From: Dehalococcoidia bacterium | Lineage (GTDB): Bacteria > Chloroflexota > Dehalococcoidia > Lucifugimonadales > QGNO01 | Direction: 5' to 3' | Assembly: GCA_965197965.1 (NCBI GenBank) | Contig: OZ240235.1 | Span: 859,037-923,036 of the forward strand | DNA length: 64,000 nt | Shown here: one piece after another, positions 29,853 through 39,958 of the stretch | Numbering within the stretch: position 1 is the stretch's first letter | Layout: the number at the start of each line of letters is the position of its first letter | Notes under the pieces: model-generated | The model's database searches: none | What the model was told of the DNA's origin: nothing | Seen by the model: only the letters and a program-made list of their open reading frames with translations | Made by a program: the position numbers and the translations under genes

Positions 29853-30392
29853 TTGGCTCTGCTCAGCCTCCGTTTCGTGCCTGACCCCGTCCTACGTGAA
29901 AAGGCAAAGAAGATTCGCAGCATCGACAAGTGGACCCAGCGCCTGATCGACGACATGCTGGAGACCATGCCGCATGAAAACGGCGTGGGCCTTGCCGCCA
30001 ACCAGGTGGGCGTGCTGCAGAAGGTGGCTGTGATCCAGACCCCTGACATGGAGGAGCCGCTGGTCCTGATCAACCCGGAAGTGGTCGAGCGCAATGGTGA
30101 GCGCGAGGTCGACGAGGGTTGCCTGAGCATACCAGGGTACCGTGGAGAGCTGACTCGATCCGAAACTGTGAAGGTGCGGGCGCTGGACAGGAACGGCAAG
30201 CGCCACACTGTGAAAGCGGACGGCCTGCTGGCGCAGGCGCTGGAACACGAGACCGACCACCTGAACGGCGTTCTCTACATAGACCACCTGGAAAGCCATG
30301 ACAAACTGTACAAGCTGGAACCCAAGGATTACGAAGAGGAGGAAGATGTCGAATCCGCCGGTTCCATGGCAACCGCTGAAAGCGCCGGTTGA
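29853..30392 (+). CDS. def: Peptide deformylase
   Basis: GVGLAANQVG, EGCLSIP, EHETDHLNG. Confidence 0.96.
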   Translation: MALLSLRFVPDPVLREKAKKIRSIDKWTQRLIDDMLETMPHENGVGLAANQVGVLQKVAVIQTPDMEEPLVLINPEVVERNGEREVDEGCLSIPGYRGELTRSETVKVRALDRNGKRHTVKADGLLAQALEHETDHLNGVLYIDHLESHDKLYKLEPKDYEEEEDVESAGSMATAESAG

Positions 30393-30427
30393 TGCGGGGC
30401 CATACACTGAATAAGCCTACTTTTGCA

Positions 30428-31909
30428 ATGAATCCACTGAGTACTCAGGTCAAATCGCTAATACGGCGAGTCATAGCCCTGATTCCTGAAGAGGAGGAGC
30501 CTCACGCCGTGGGCGGCTTCCTGCGCGACTCGCTGCTGGGCAGGCCCACCAACGACCTGGATATAACCGTGCGCGGAGACGCCATGGAAGTGGCCCGCCG
30601 CTTGGCCGGCGAGATGGGCGGGTCGTACGTGGCGTTGGACCAGCCGCACCAGATAGCCCGCGTGGTTCTGCAAAGCGAGGGCAAGTGGCGGATAGACCTG
30701 GCTTCCCTGCAGGGCGATCGAGAACAGGACCTGTCGAGGCGGGACTTCACTATCGACGCCATGAGCACGCCCCTGTCCGGCCTTCTGGAAGATCGGTGGA
30801 CGGAGTCCATGCTCGATCCGTTCAGCGGTAGGGAGGACATCTCGAACGGCGTGATCCGTGCCGTAGGAAGCAGCGTCTTCCAAGAAGACGCCATACGCCT
30901 GCTGCGGGCGGTGCGCCTGAGAGCTTCCCTGGGATTCGACATTGAGGACGAGACGTTCCGTCTCATCCAGCGTGACTCATCGCTGCTGGACAAGGTGTCG
31001 TCGGAGCGGGTGCGGGACGAGTTTCTGGCCATACTGGCATCCGGAGACACCGTCGAGCACGTATATCTCTTGGACGAGCTTGGGCTGCTTTGCCGCGTGC
31101 TTCCCGAACTTGAAGAAGGCCGGGGGGTAACCCAGCCCAAGGAACACTACTGGACCGTGCTGGAGCACAACATTGAATCGGTGCGGATGGCGGAAGGCCT
31201 GCTGACTCGCTCGCTGAAGCCTGATTGGATACTGGCCGAAGTGCCCTGGGACGATAAACTGGAAGGGCATTTTGCTGAAACGGTCTCTGACGGGCACACC
31301 CGGGGCACGTTGCTCAAGCTCACCGCCCTGCTGCACGACGTGGCCAAGCCGGCGACCAAGATGGTGACGCCGGAGGGGCGGACGCGCTTCTTTGGACACC
31401 AGGAGCAGGGAGCGGAGACGGCAAGGAAGGCGCTGGGTCGCCTCAGGTTGAGCCGCCGCGGCGGGGAGATGGTGGCAGTGCAGGTGGAGCACCACCTAAG
31501 GCCGAGCCAGCTGAGCCAGAAAGGTGAGATGCCGACTCAGCGCGCCGTGTACCGGTTCTTTCGCAGTCTGGGAGATACGGCAATCGATACCCTCTATCTC
31601 AGCCTAGCGGACTACCTGGCAGCGCGGGGACCGCAGATCGAACGTGAAGAGTGGAAGGACTATACGAAAGTAATACGCCATGCACTGGAAACCGGCTTGC
31701 ATCAAGAAGAAGAGGTCTCCTCTCCTCGGTTGGTGGACGGACACGAGGTGATGGATGCGCTGGGACTGAAACCGGGACCAATGCTGGGAAAGGTGCTGAA
31801 CGTGGTAGAGGAGGCCCAGGCCACTGGAGAAATCGGCAGTAGAAAGGAGGCTCTTGCCCTGGCAAGGGAGGTAGCCTTAGCTGGTAGAATAGAAGGCGAC
31901 TATGCGTAG
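30428..31909 (+). CDS. cca: tRNA nucleotidyltransferase with HD domain (probably CC-adding)
   Basis: VGGFLRDSLLG, DLD, RRDFTIDAM, EDAIRLLRAVR, LLHDVAK. Confidence 0.88.
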   Translation: MNPLSTQVKSLIRRVIALIPEEEEPHAVGGFLRDSLLGRPTNDLDITVRGDAMEVARRLAGEMGGSYVALDQPHQIARVVLQSEGKWRIDLASLQGDREQDLSRRDFTIDAMSTPLSGLLEDRWTESMLDPFSGREDISNGVIRAVGSSVFQEDAIRLLRAVRLRASLGFDIEDETFRLIQRDSSLLDKVSSERVRDEFLAILASGDTVEHVYLLDELGLLCRVLPELEEGRGVTQPKEHYWTVLEHNIESVRMAEGLLTRSLKPDWILAEVPWDDKLEGHFAETVSDGHTRGTLLKLTALLHDVAKPATKMVTPEGRTRFFGHQEQGAETARKALGRLRLSRRGGEMVAVQVEHHLRPSQLSQKGEMPTQRAVYRFFRSLGDTAIDTLYLSLADYLAARGPQIEREEWKDYTKVIRHALETGLHQEEEVSSPRLVDGHEVMDALGLKPGPMLGKVLNVVEEAQATGEIGSRKEALALAREVALAGRIEGDYA

Positions 31910-33572
31910 AGTAAGCATCTGGCGGATTCTTGTCATCATTGCGGCTATTGGGATCTCCGCGTACTCGCTGACGTTCCAAAACATAGACGTCCGTGCTCTG
32001 GGGAATCGTTTCGAGCGCGGAAGCGACGCTATTCTGGGAATGCGCTTGGGGTTGGATCTCCAGGGAGGAAGCCACCTGGTCTACCAAGCCAGAGGATCGA
32101 AAGAGCTGACCATCACCTTCGAAGAAACGGTGTCCGACCTGGAAGCCGTGAATGCCGTGTTCAACGACATCGGCAAGACGGAGGCCTCGGTCCGTCAAGG
32201 CAGCGAGGACAACGTTGCCGTAGTGCGGGTGAATACTATAAACCCAGCCATTTTGGACGCCCAGGGCAACGTGATCAAAGAGGACGACCAGGACATCATC
32301 CGCAACACACTGGGCGAGCAGATAGCCCAGGTAGAATTGATGACCATCCAGGACATAACGGCCAATCCCACCACAGACCAGATGGACGGTGTCCAGGACA
32401 CCATCGCCCGCCGCATCAACCCGTTTGGCGTTACCGAGCCGGTGATCCAGCTCATGGATAACAACCGGATACTGGTACAGTTGCCCGGGATTCGCGACGT
32501 GGAGGAGGTGAAGAGGCTGATAGGGCAGACGGCGCGCTTGGAGTTCAAGGAGCGCAGCTGCCTGCAGGTCACCCCCTTGACGCTGCCCAGCGGAGAAGTG
32601 GTTTACCCCTGCGAGCTTCCCGACAACCACGTTGACCAGGAAACGGGCCTGACCGGAGAGGACCTGGCGCGGGCCTACGCCGGTACGCACCAGACCAAGG
32701 GTGATCCCATTGTGAACGTACAGTTCAACTCCCGGGGTACGCGTCTCTTCGCGGACATGACAACGCGGCTGGCGGGAACCAACGACCGCTTTGCAGTGTT
32801 CCTTGACGACGAGGAGATAGTGGCGCCGGTGGTGAACCAGGCCATTCTGGCGGGAGCCGCCTTTATAGAGGGGCCGAGCTTCACTCCTGAACGGGTGCAC
32901 ACCATAGCCATTCAGCTCGAATCGGGTAGGCTTCCCATTCCGATAGAGGTCGTGCAGGAGCAGGACGTCGATGCGGTTCTCGGCGCGGAATCGCTGCGGA
33001 AGAGCCTGATTGCGGGAATAGTGGGGCTATGCCTTGTGCTGCTGTTCATGGTGATGTACTACAGGATGGCCGGCTTGGTGGCCGCGGTGGCGCTGATCAT
33101 CTACACGGCGGCGGTGCTCAGCGTCTTCAAGTTGGTGCCCGTAACGTTGACACTGGCCGGCGCGGCTGCATTCATTCTATCGATTGGAATGGCGGTAGAC
33201 GCCAACATCCTGATATTTGAAAGGATGAAGGAAGAGCTGCGCTTGGGCAGGACGCTGACCTCGGCCATTGACATAGGATTCAGCCGGGCCTGGACTTCCA
33301 TAAGGGACGGCAACGTGTCTACGCTGATCATCTGTGCCATCCTGTTCTGGTTCGGACAGCGTTTGGGGGCCAGCCTGATAGCCGGTTTTGCCCTCACCCT
33401 TGCCATTGGGGTGACGTTGAGCATGTTCAGCGCGTTGACGGTGAGCAAAACGCTGCTCAACCTATTGAACTTCTCGCCGCTGGGGCGGCGCAGAGGGGTA
33501 TTCAGTCCTGAGAGGCTGCCCAAGGCAAGCACGGCGGTAGTCCGTGCAACTGACGATGGAGGCGACAGCTAA
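31902..33572 (+). CDS. secD: Protein translocase subunit SecD
   Basis: LGLDLQGG, RINPFGVTEP, IGMAVDANILIFERMKEE. Confidence 0.96.
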   Translation: MRRVSIWRILVIIAAIGISAYSLTFQNIDVRALGNRFERGSDAILGMRLGLDLQGGSHLVYQARGSKELTITFEETVSDLEAVNAVFNDIGKTEASVRQGSEDNVAVVRVNTINPAILDAQGNVIKEDDQDIIRNTLGEQIAQVELMTIQDITANPTTDQMDGVQDTIARRINPFGVTEPVIQLMDNNRILVQLPGIRDVEEVKRLIGQTARLEFKERSCLQVTPLTLPSGEVVYPCELPDNHVDQETGLTGEDLARAYAGTHQTKGDPIVNVQFNSRGTRLFADMTTRLAGTNDRFAVFLDDEEIVAPVVNQAILAGAAFIEGPSFTPERVHTIAIQLESGRLPIPIEVVQEQDVDAVLGAESLRKSLIAGIVGLCLVLLFMVMYYRMAGLVAAVALIIYTAAVLSVFKLVPVTLTLAGAAAFILSIGMAVDANILIFERMKEELRLGRTLTSAIDIGFSRAWTSIRDGNVSTLIICAILFWFGQRLGASLIAGFALTLAIGVTLSMFSALTVSKTLLNLLNFSPLGRRRGVFSPERLPKASTAVVRATDDGGDS

Positions 33573-34516
33573 TGAACATTGTAGGCAAGCGCCGCTGGTT
33601 CTATTTGCTGTCGGCGGTGATACTGATTCCGAGCATCATCTCTCTGATCATCCCGCCGTCTCTGTTCCTTGGCATAGAGTTCACGGGCGGCTCGACTATC
33701 AGCATAGCATTCCAAGAGGGCGTGGCGGAACAGGATGTGAGGGACGTGCTGTCCCGTCTGGACCATGCCGAGGCAATAGTGCAACCGTCAGGCGGAGGAG
33801 AGTTCTTCATCCGGGTGTCCCGCCTGCGTGAGGGAAACGCGGAGCAGGGCATCACACCGGAGCGCGAGACCATACAGGAGGCGTTCGAGGAGCTGGCGCC
33901 GATCAGTCGCATGGACGTTTCCTCGGTTTCAGGAGTGGTGGCGGCGGACACCGTGCGCAACGCCTTCATAGCCGTGGTGGTGGCGGCCTTTGCCATTCTG
34001 CTCTACATCACGTGGGCATTCCGGCAAGTGCCTAACCCGTTCCGTTACGGCGTGGCGGCCATAATAGCGCTGATCCACGACGTGCTAATCGTCGTTGGCA
34101 TCTTCTCCATACTGGGCAAAGTGATCAACCTGGAAGTGAACGCTATGTTCATCACGGGACTGCTCACAATCATTGGCTACAGCGTCAACGACACCATTGT
34201 GGTCTTCGACCGTATCAGGGAGAACGTGGCGCGGTTGCCCGCGGAACGGCTGGAGAAAAACGTGAACACCAGCCTGCTGGAGACACTGGGACGATCGCTG
34301 AACACCAGCGTAACCCTGCTGATCACGGTGCTAGCGTTGTTGCTGCTCGGCGGCGAGACCATTCGCAACTTCCTGCTTGTGCTGCTAATAGGGCTGATGT
34401 CAGGCACCTACAGCTCCATCGCCATAGCCAGCCAGGTGCTGGTCTCCTGGGAATCGGGCGAGTTAGGCCGTACCTTACGCCGCTTCAGGCCATTCCCGGC
34501 TAGGTCTCGTGCCTAG
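33572..34516 (+). CDS. secF: Protein translocase subunit SecF
   Basis: GIEFTGG, ALIHDV, GYSVNDTIVVFDRIRE. Confidence 0.96.
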   Translation: MNIVGKRRWFYLLSAVILIPSIISLIIPPSLFLGIEFTGGSTISIAFQEGVAEQDVRDVLSRLDHAEAIVQPSGGGEFFIRVSRLREGNAEQGITPERETIQEAFEELAPISRMDVSSVSGVVAADTVRNAFIAVVVAAFAILLYITWAFRQVPNPFRYGVAAIIALIHDVLIVVGIFSILGKVINLEVNAMFITGLLTIIGYSVNDTIVVFDRIRENVARLPAERLEKNVNTSLLETLGRSLNTSVTLLITVLALLLLGGETIRNFLLVLLIGLMSGTYSSIAIASQVLVSWESGELGRTLRRFRPFPARSRA

Positions 34517-34522
34517 ACGGGC

Positions 34523-36733
34523 TCAGAGCACGGTAACCGGGTCAACGTCCACAATCCAGCCGTCCTGCAAGGCGGCCTTGTCCAACACCTTATCCAGGAG
34601 CAGGCGCGGCTCCTGCCCTCGCAGCAGGATGTGCCAGCGGTAACGCCCCCTAATGCGCGAGTTGTAGGCCGGGGCCGGGCCTAGGACGTCCACCTCCGTC
34701 ATTGCCCAGTCCAAACGCTCCTTGCGCAGAAGCCTTCCCAGTCGCTCCGCTTCTCGCTGGCTCCGAACGGGGTTGACGTTGTTGTAGATGAGCCTGATCA
34801 AGCGGGAGTACGGAGGCATCTTCTGAACTCTGCGGTAAACGGCCTCCTGCTCATAGAAAGAGGCGTAGTTCTGCTGGGAGGCCAGCGCCACACCGTAGTG
34901 GTGGGGGTTGTAGGTCTGCACCAGTGCGGCGCCCTGCTCCAGCCCGCGTCCAGCGCGTCCGGCGACCTGGCAGAGCAGTTGAAATATCCTCTCTCCGGCT
35001 CGGAAGTCTGGTAGATGAAGCCCTATGTCGGCAAGGACGGCGCCTGCCAGGGTAACGGACGGGATGTGCAGCCCCCTGGCCACCATCTGGGTGCCCACCA
35101 GCACCTGGGCTTCACCGCGGGCAAATCGCTCCAGGATGGCCTCGTGGCCCATCTCATCAGCGGCGTCCCTATCCCATCGCAAGGAGGAAACTCCGGGGAG
35201 GAGAGCTTCCAGCTCTTTGACAACGGTCTGTGTGCCAAGTCCCAGATGGCGAATGCGATTGAGCCGGCAGTTTGGGCAGCGCGCCACCGTCCTGGAGCGC
35301 CGGCTGCACTGATGGCAGACCAGCCTCTCCGGAGAGGTATGGTAGGTAAGCGGAGTATCGCAGCTGCGACACCGCATTACGTGCCCGCAGTCGCGACACT
35401 GCACAATACCGGCCGCGCCGCGGCGGTTGAGGAAGAGGATTGCTTGATTGCCCTCATCTATGACGCGGCGCAGGCCTTCTTGCAGAGCACGGCTGAAGAT
35501 GCTGCGGTTGCCGTCCCTCAGTTCCTGGCTCATATCAACAACCCTTACGCCGGCCATGGAGCTGCTGAGGCCAATGCGGTGCGGCATCTGCAAAAGGCGC
35601 AAGCGGCGTCCGGTGAGGGCGCGGTGATAGCTAACCACGTCCGGGGTTGCGCTACCCAGGACCAGGACGGCTTTGGATGCCTGGGCCATGCGCATTGCTA
35701 CGGTGCGTGCGTGATAGCGTGGCTCCGGGTCCTGCTGCTTGTACGTCCATTCGTGCTCCTCATCGAGGACTACGAGGCCGAGGGGCTTTAGTGGCGCGAA
35801 GAGCGCGCTGCGCGAACCTATCACGACATCGAACTGACCCTGGTGCACCCCCCACCATGTGCGCCGGTGCTCGGCCTGTGAAAGGCGGCTGTGTATGACG
35901 GCGACGCGGCCGGGGAACCTGGCGCGGAACCTCTGCACCATCTGTGGAGTGAGCGATATTTCAGGCACGAGGAGTATCGCTTTCCTACCGCTTTCAAGGC
36001 AGCGGGCCAGCGCCTGTAGATAGACCTCCGTCTTGCCGCTGCCGGTAACGCCCTGAAGAAGAAAGGCCTCATGCCGGTCCTGGGAGATGGCCGAGTTTAT
36101 GCTTGCCAGCGCTTCCGCCTGGTGGGGACTGGGTATTAGAAATGCCTCCGGCGCCTGGGATTGCTCCGATCCCGCGGCGGCGGAGCCTGTTATCCTAAAG
36201 CCACGCCACTTCCAGGCGCGGCGCACCACTCCCCGGCTGATGAGCCTATCCAGGACACGCCTGTCCTCCACACCCAGGGCGCGGCGCAACAAGCTTTCCT
36301 GCACAAGACCTGTCCGGCCTTTGAACTCCTTAAGCAGGCGCGCTGCAAACTCACTATCGATCTCTTGCAATGCGTCTTCCGTGGGCTTTTCGAGGTAGGC
36401 CTTCGTGCGGTTTCGGAAGCCCGGAGGCAGCATGAGGCCAATGGCGGAGTACAGCGAGGCCATGTAGTAGCCGGCGATCCATGCCGCAAGGTCTAATTGC
36501 TCCCGGCTGAGCAGAGCGCCGGCAGGATCGGAGGCGTTGATGGGACGGACGGGGTCTATGTCGGTGCTGCGGCTGAGCCTGAAGACGACGCCATCAGCCA
36601 TACGGGAGCCAAAGGGTGCCTGCACCATCTGGCCGGGAGAGACGGACATCCCCTCCGGCACGGAGTAGGTGAATGTGCGCCCGTCCCTGACGGGGGCGTC
36701 CACGGCCACTTCAGCGTAGGGAAGTTGAGGCAT
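34523..36733 (-). CDS. priA: Primosomal protein N'
   Basis: GVTGSGKTEVY, DEEHE, LNRRG, four CxxC pairs, QVAGRAGR. Confidence 0.96.
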   Translation of the reverse strand: MPQLPYAEVAVDAPVRDGRTFTYSVPEGMSVSPGQMVQAPFGSRMADGVVFRLSRSTDIDPVRPINASDPAGALLSREQLDLAAWIAGYYMASLYSAIGLMLPPGFRNRTKAYLEKPTEDALQEIDSEFAARLLKEFKGRTGLVQESLLRRALGVEDRRVLDRLISRGVVRRAWKWRGFRITGSAAAGSEQSQAPEAFLIPSPHQAEALASINSAISQDRHEAFLLQGVTGSGKTEVYLQALARCLESGRKAILLVPEISLTPQMVQRFRARFPGRVAVIHSRLSQAEHRRTWWGVHQGQFDVVIGSRSALFAPLKPLGLVVLDEEHEWTYKQQDPEPRYHARTVAMRMAQASKAVLVLGSATPDVVSYHRALTGRRLRLLQMPHRIGLSSSMAGVRVVDMSQELRDGNRSIFSRALQEGLRRVIDEGNQAILFLNRRGAAGIVQCRDCGHVMRCRSCDTPLTYHTSPERLVCHQCSRRSRTVARCPNCRLNRIRHLGLGTQTVVKELEALLPGVSSLRWDRDAADEMGHEAILERFARGEAQVLVGTQMVARGLHIPSVTLAGAVLADIGLHLPDFRAGERIFQLLCQVAGRAGRGLEQGAALVQTYNPHHYGVALASQQNYASFYEQEAVYRRVQKMPPYSRLIRLIYNNVNPVRSQREAERLGRLLRKERLDWAMTEVDVLGPAPAYNSRIRGRYRWHILLRGQEPRLLLDKVLDKAALQDGWIVDVDPVTVL

Positions 36734-36866
36734 CGATACCTTCCGATGAGTCTCCTACGATGATAACCGAGGCAACGGGTTGGAGGTAAGAGAAGAAAGT
36801 CAGGGAACCTTCACTGTTTGAGAAAAGGCCCCGTCCCTCTAAAAAGCTGATGGGTGGTCTTGAAAG

Positions 36867-37208
36867 CTAGCGGCGGCGCTCTTTGATGCGGGCCGCTCTA
36901 CCGGTGCGTCCCCTGAGATAGTACAGCTTGGCCCTTCGTACGTCGCCGTGGCGCACCACCTGCACGCTGTCCAGCCTGGGTGAGTAGACGGGGAACGTCC
37001 GCTCCACGCCGATGCCGTGAGTGACGCGGCGCACGGTGAAGGAAACCCCTGGTCCCCTGCCCTGCCGTCGAATCACTACGCCTTCAAAGGTCTGGACGCG
37101 CTCGCGTTCCCCTTCTCGGATGCGCATGCCGACTCGCACGGTGTCGCCAGGGCGGAACTCCTGGACTTTGGGGTTCGGTTCTACGGGTACTACGGTTTCG
37201 ATGTTCAT
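36867..37208 (-). CDS. rplS: 50S ribosomal protein L19
   Basis: [32 protein letters not shown]. Confidence 0.98.
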   Translation of the reverse strand: MNIETVVPVEPNPKVQEFRPGDTVRVGMRIREGERERVQTFEGVVIRRQGRGPGVSFTVRRVTHGIGVERTFPVYSPRLDSVQVVRHGDVRRAKLYYLRGRTGRAARIKERRR

Positions 37209-37353
37209 TTAGGAATCCGGTGGCTAAAATGACAACTGGTCTAGTTTAACGTGAAGGCTGTCGTCTGTAAAGATGAGGGTGATAGTCCGAGGAACCGACA
37301 CCGGCTACAGTTCTCTGAAAACGCTACCTTCTAATTGTTAGCCTGCTCAGATT

Positions 37354-37815
37354 CTAGGCAGTGTCCACGAACTCTACCCCATACTCCTTGGCAATCTCGA
37401 CGAAGCGGCTGGGGTCTGCAGCCATCTCCTCGAACATCCCCTCGATACCGCCGGGAACGAAGAAGAACACCATCCTAGCGTTGGCATTGGACTCATTCTT
37501 AAAGTGGTGGGGAACGCCGCGCGGGACGTGTACGAAGGCGCCTGCCTTCGCTACCATTCGTTCGCCCTGCGCCCTGAAAACCAACTCTCCTTCAGTTACG
37601 TAGAAGCCTTCCTCTTCCCTAGTCTGAATATGCGGCGGCGGCCCTCCTCCTGGAGGGACTACGGCCTCGACGAAAAAATAGTGCCCATCTGTATCCTCCG
37701 AGGTTGCCATAAAGGAGTATTCGTCGCCTGCCCCGTAGATGACTTTCCTCTCATCTTCAGGACGCACAATCTTGGCCCAACTCATGTCCATACCTCCGGA
37801 TACTACAACTCGCAT
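37354..37815 (-). CDS. Cupin domain protein
   Basis: GPPPHIQTREEEGFYVTEG, VHVPRGVPHHF. Confidence 0.85.
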   Translation of the reverse strand: MRVVVSGGMDMSWAKIVRPEDERKVIYGAGDEYSFMATSEDTDGHYFFVEAVVPPGGGPPPHIQTREEEGFYVTEGELVFRAQGERMVAKAGAFVHVPRGVPHHFKNESNANARMVFFFVPGGIEGMFEEMAADPSRFVEIAKEYGVEFVDTA

Positions 37816-38044
37816 GAAACGCCCGTATGCGTGCGGTCTGGTACACCACTATAACGCAAGTCGTTATCAGGGTCGACGCGCTGGATACTGCTATATTCTT
37901 ATGTTATGAAACATGGGTGACACCCTCAGTATGGTGAACATGCGAGGCAAGATCCGCTACGGTGCCAGGCGCATCGCATCCTACCTGGCAGAGGAAGGCA
38001 TCACCACTCTGGATAGCCAAGGGTGCGTGAGAGTCATCCATCGT

Positions 38045-38087
38045 TGTCAAGACAATTCTTGACACCATGACGCCTGCACTCCACAAT
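38045..38087 (+). promoter_or_regulatory. Toxin-antitoxin promoter with palindromic operator
   Basis: TTGACA(38059)-17 bp-CACAAT; perfect IR TGTCAAGA-N4-TCTTGACA overlapping the -35. Confidence 0.6.
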
Positions 38088-38113
38088 GAGACGTACACAA
38101 GGGAGGTACATCA

Positions 38114-38341
38114 ATGGTTGCCACACGCGAGAAGTTTTCCAGCCAGGCAGCGCCGGAGCTGCTTTCGGCCATGCGGGAGATCGCCCGCATGGAGGGCCGC
38201 CACTTACAGGCAGTGCTGGAGGACGCCATGAGCAGCTACATCGAAGCCCGAAGGCAGCAGAACGTCCGGCCCGAGGTGATGGCCCACTACCGGGCCAGCC
38301 TGGAGCGGAACCGTCGCCTCTACGAATTGCTAGCCAAATGA
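38114..38341 (+). CDS. Antitoxin (ribbon-helix-helix-like) of a Doc toxin
   Basis: 75 aa, GGAGG RBS, C-terminal LYELLAK, ATGA overlap with the toxin. Confidence 0.78.
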   Translation: MVATREKFSSQAAPELLSAMREIARMEGRHLQAVLEDAMSSYIEARRQQNVRPEVMAHYRASLERNRRLYELLAK

Positions 38342-38727
38342 TGACCCATCTTTTCCCAACTCTAGAGGAAGTCATCGCCATCCACGATGATCTGATAGAG
38401 CAGTTCGGCGGCTCCATGGGTCTGCGGGACTTGGGAGCATTGGAATCCGCGCTCCTGCGCCCCCAAATGGGCTACTACGACGGACTCATGGAAGAGGCCG
38501 CGGCCATGATGGAGAGCCTGGCTATGAATCACCCATTCGTGGACGGCAACAAGCGAGTGGCTTTGGCCGCTGTTGATGCATTCCTGGGCCTCAACGGTCA
38601 CTTCATCGACTGCGACAACGACGAGGCATACGCGTTCTTCATGCAGCTGTTCGAGACCAACTCGTTCCGTTTTGCCCAGCTGAAAGTGTGGCTAGAGGAG
38701 CACGTCAAGCCGCTGCCAGGGTCTTGA
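38338..38727 (+). CDS. doc: Death-on-curing (Doc/Fic) family toxin
   Basis: GLRDLGALESAL, NHPFVDGNKR (Doc-type Fic motif). Confidence 0.9.
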   Translation: MMTHLFPTLEEVIAIHDDLIEQFGGSMGLRDLGALESALLRPQMGYYDGLMEEAAAMMESLAMNHPFVDGNKRVALAAVDAFLGLNGHFIDCDNDEAYAFFMQLFETNSFRFAQLKVWLEEHVKPLPGS

Positions 38728-38768
38728 AAAAAGGTCACATTCCTTCATCCCAAGTGGCTTATCCCTAG

Positions 38769-39500
38769 CTACTCTTCCCACCCAATCTCCCGCAAGAGCT
38801 CCCTGTCCTCCTTGGAGAGGTCTGCCTTCTTCAGCAGGTCAGGCCTTCGTTGCAGAGTGCGCTGCAGAGACTGCCGCCGCCGCCATCTGTCTACGGCCTG
38901 GTGGTCGCCGGAGAGCAGCACATCGGGAACTGTCCAGCCACGAAACTCGGCGGGGCGGGTGTACTGCGGGTGCTGCAATAGGCCGGACGCATGGGAATCA
39001 GCGGCCGCCGATTCGTCCGAACCCAGTACGCCGGGCAGCAGGCGGGCCACGGCATCGATGACCACCATCGCGGCAAGCTCGCCGCCGGTGAGCACAAAGT
39101 CGCCGATGCTCAGCTCCTCGGTGGCGAGATGCTCGCTTATCCGTTCGTCGAACCCCTCATAGTGGCCGCAGATCAAGGCGAAACGCTCCTCGCCGGCCAG
39201 GCGCTCGGCATCGGCCTGCTGGAAGACTCTGCCCTGCGGCGTCAGCAAGACCACCGGATATTGAGGAGGCGCGCCGAGAAGGGACTCGACAGCTTGGAAC
39301 AGCGGTTCGGGCTTGAGCACCATGCCTGGACCGCCGCCGTAGGCATAGTCATCCACGGTATGATGGCGGTCGGCGGCGTAGTCACGGAAGTTGTGCAGAT
39401 CTACGCTGAGCAGGCCGCGCTCGACGGCACGACCCAGAATGCTGCCTTGCAAAGGCCCCTGGAACATCTGGGGAAAGAGCGTGAAGACGTCGATTCGCAT
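38769..39500 (-). CDS. trmD: tRNA (guanine37-N1)-methyltransferase
   Basis: [38 protein letters not shown]. Confidence 0.97.
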   Translation of the reverse strand: MRIDVFTLFPQMFQGPLQGSILGRAVERGLLSVDLHNFRDYAADRHHTVDDYAYGGGPGMVLKPEPLFQAVESLLGAPPQYPVVLLTPQGRVFQQADAERLAGEERFALICGHYEGFDERISEHLATEELSIGDFVLTGGELAAMVVIDAVARLLPGVLGSDESAAADSHASGLLQHPQYTRPAEFRGWTVPDVLLSGDHQAVDRWRRRQSLQRTLQRRPDLLKKADLSKEDRELLREIGWEE

Positions 39501-39505
39501 GGCTT

Positions 39506-39925
39506 CTAATAGCGGGACAGCGCCTGGCGAAGCTCATCCGGCACCGGGACCGGTCTTCCACTCTCCAGACTCACGGTTACAAAGGCCATCCTGCCCTCGG
39601 CGGCGGCTGTGCCGTCCTCCTTTTCAGCGACGTAGCGGAGGCTGACCGACGTATTCCCCACTCTCTCCACGCTTACGCCCATCTGCAGCAGCTCGTCATG
39701 GAGGATGGGGACTTTGAAGTCGCAGCTTACGTGCACCCTGGGCAAGTCGAAACCCATTTCGCGGAAGCGGGCGCTGGTGAACCCCAGGGAACGCATGAAC
39801 TCGCTTTCCGCCACCTCAAAGAAGCGGAACATGGCGGTGTAATGTATTCTCCGCGAGGCATCGGTATCAACCCAGCGAACACGGACCTGCTGGCGAAAGC
39901 TAGGCGGTCTCTCTACTTCTGTCAT
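39506..39925 (-). CDS. Hot-dog acyl-CoA thioesterase (YbgC/4HBT type), likely DHNA-CoA hydrolase
   Basis: [17 protein letters not shown] motif; directly downstream of menA. Confidence 0.75.
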   Translation of the reverse strand: MTEVERPPSFRQQVRVRWVDTDASRRIHYTAMFRFFEVAESEFMRSLGFTSARFREMGFDLPRVHVSCDFKVPILHDELLQMGVSVERVGNTSVSLRYVAEKEDGTAAAEGRMAFVTVSLESGRPVPVPDELRQALSRY

Positions 39926-39958
39926 CTGCCTCCTAAACCTGTCATCTGCCTCCTAAAC
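39919..39958. repeat. Perfect 20-bp tandem duplication of stop, RBS and start
   Basis: CTGTCATCTGCCTCCTAAAC x2. Confidence 0.95.

Noticed and set aside
31599-32900. 433-aa minus-strand ORF and similar long antisense ORFs
   Set aside because: Shadows of well-supported genes such as secD in GC-rich DNA.
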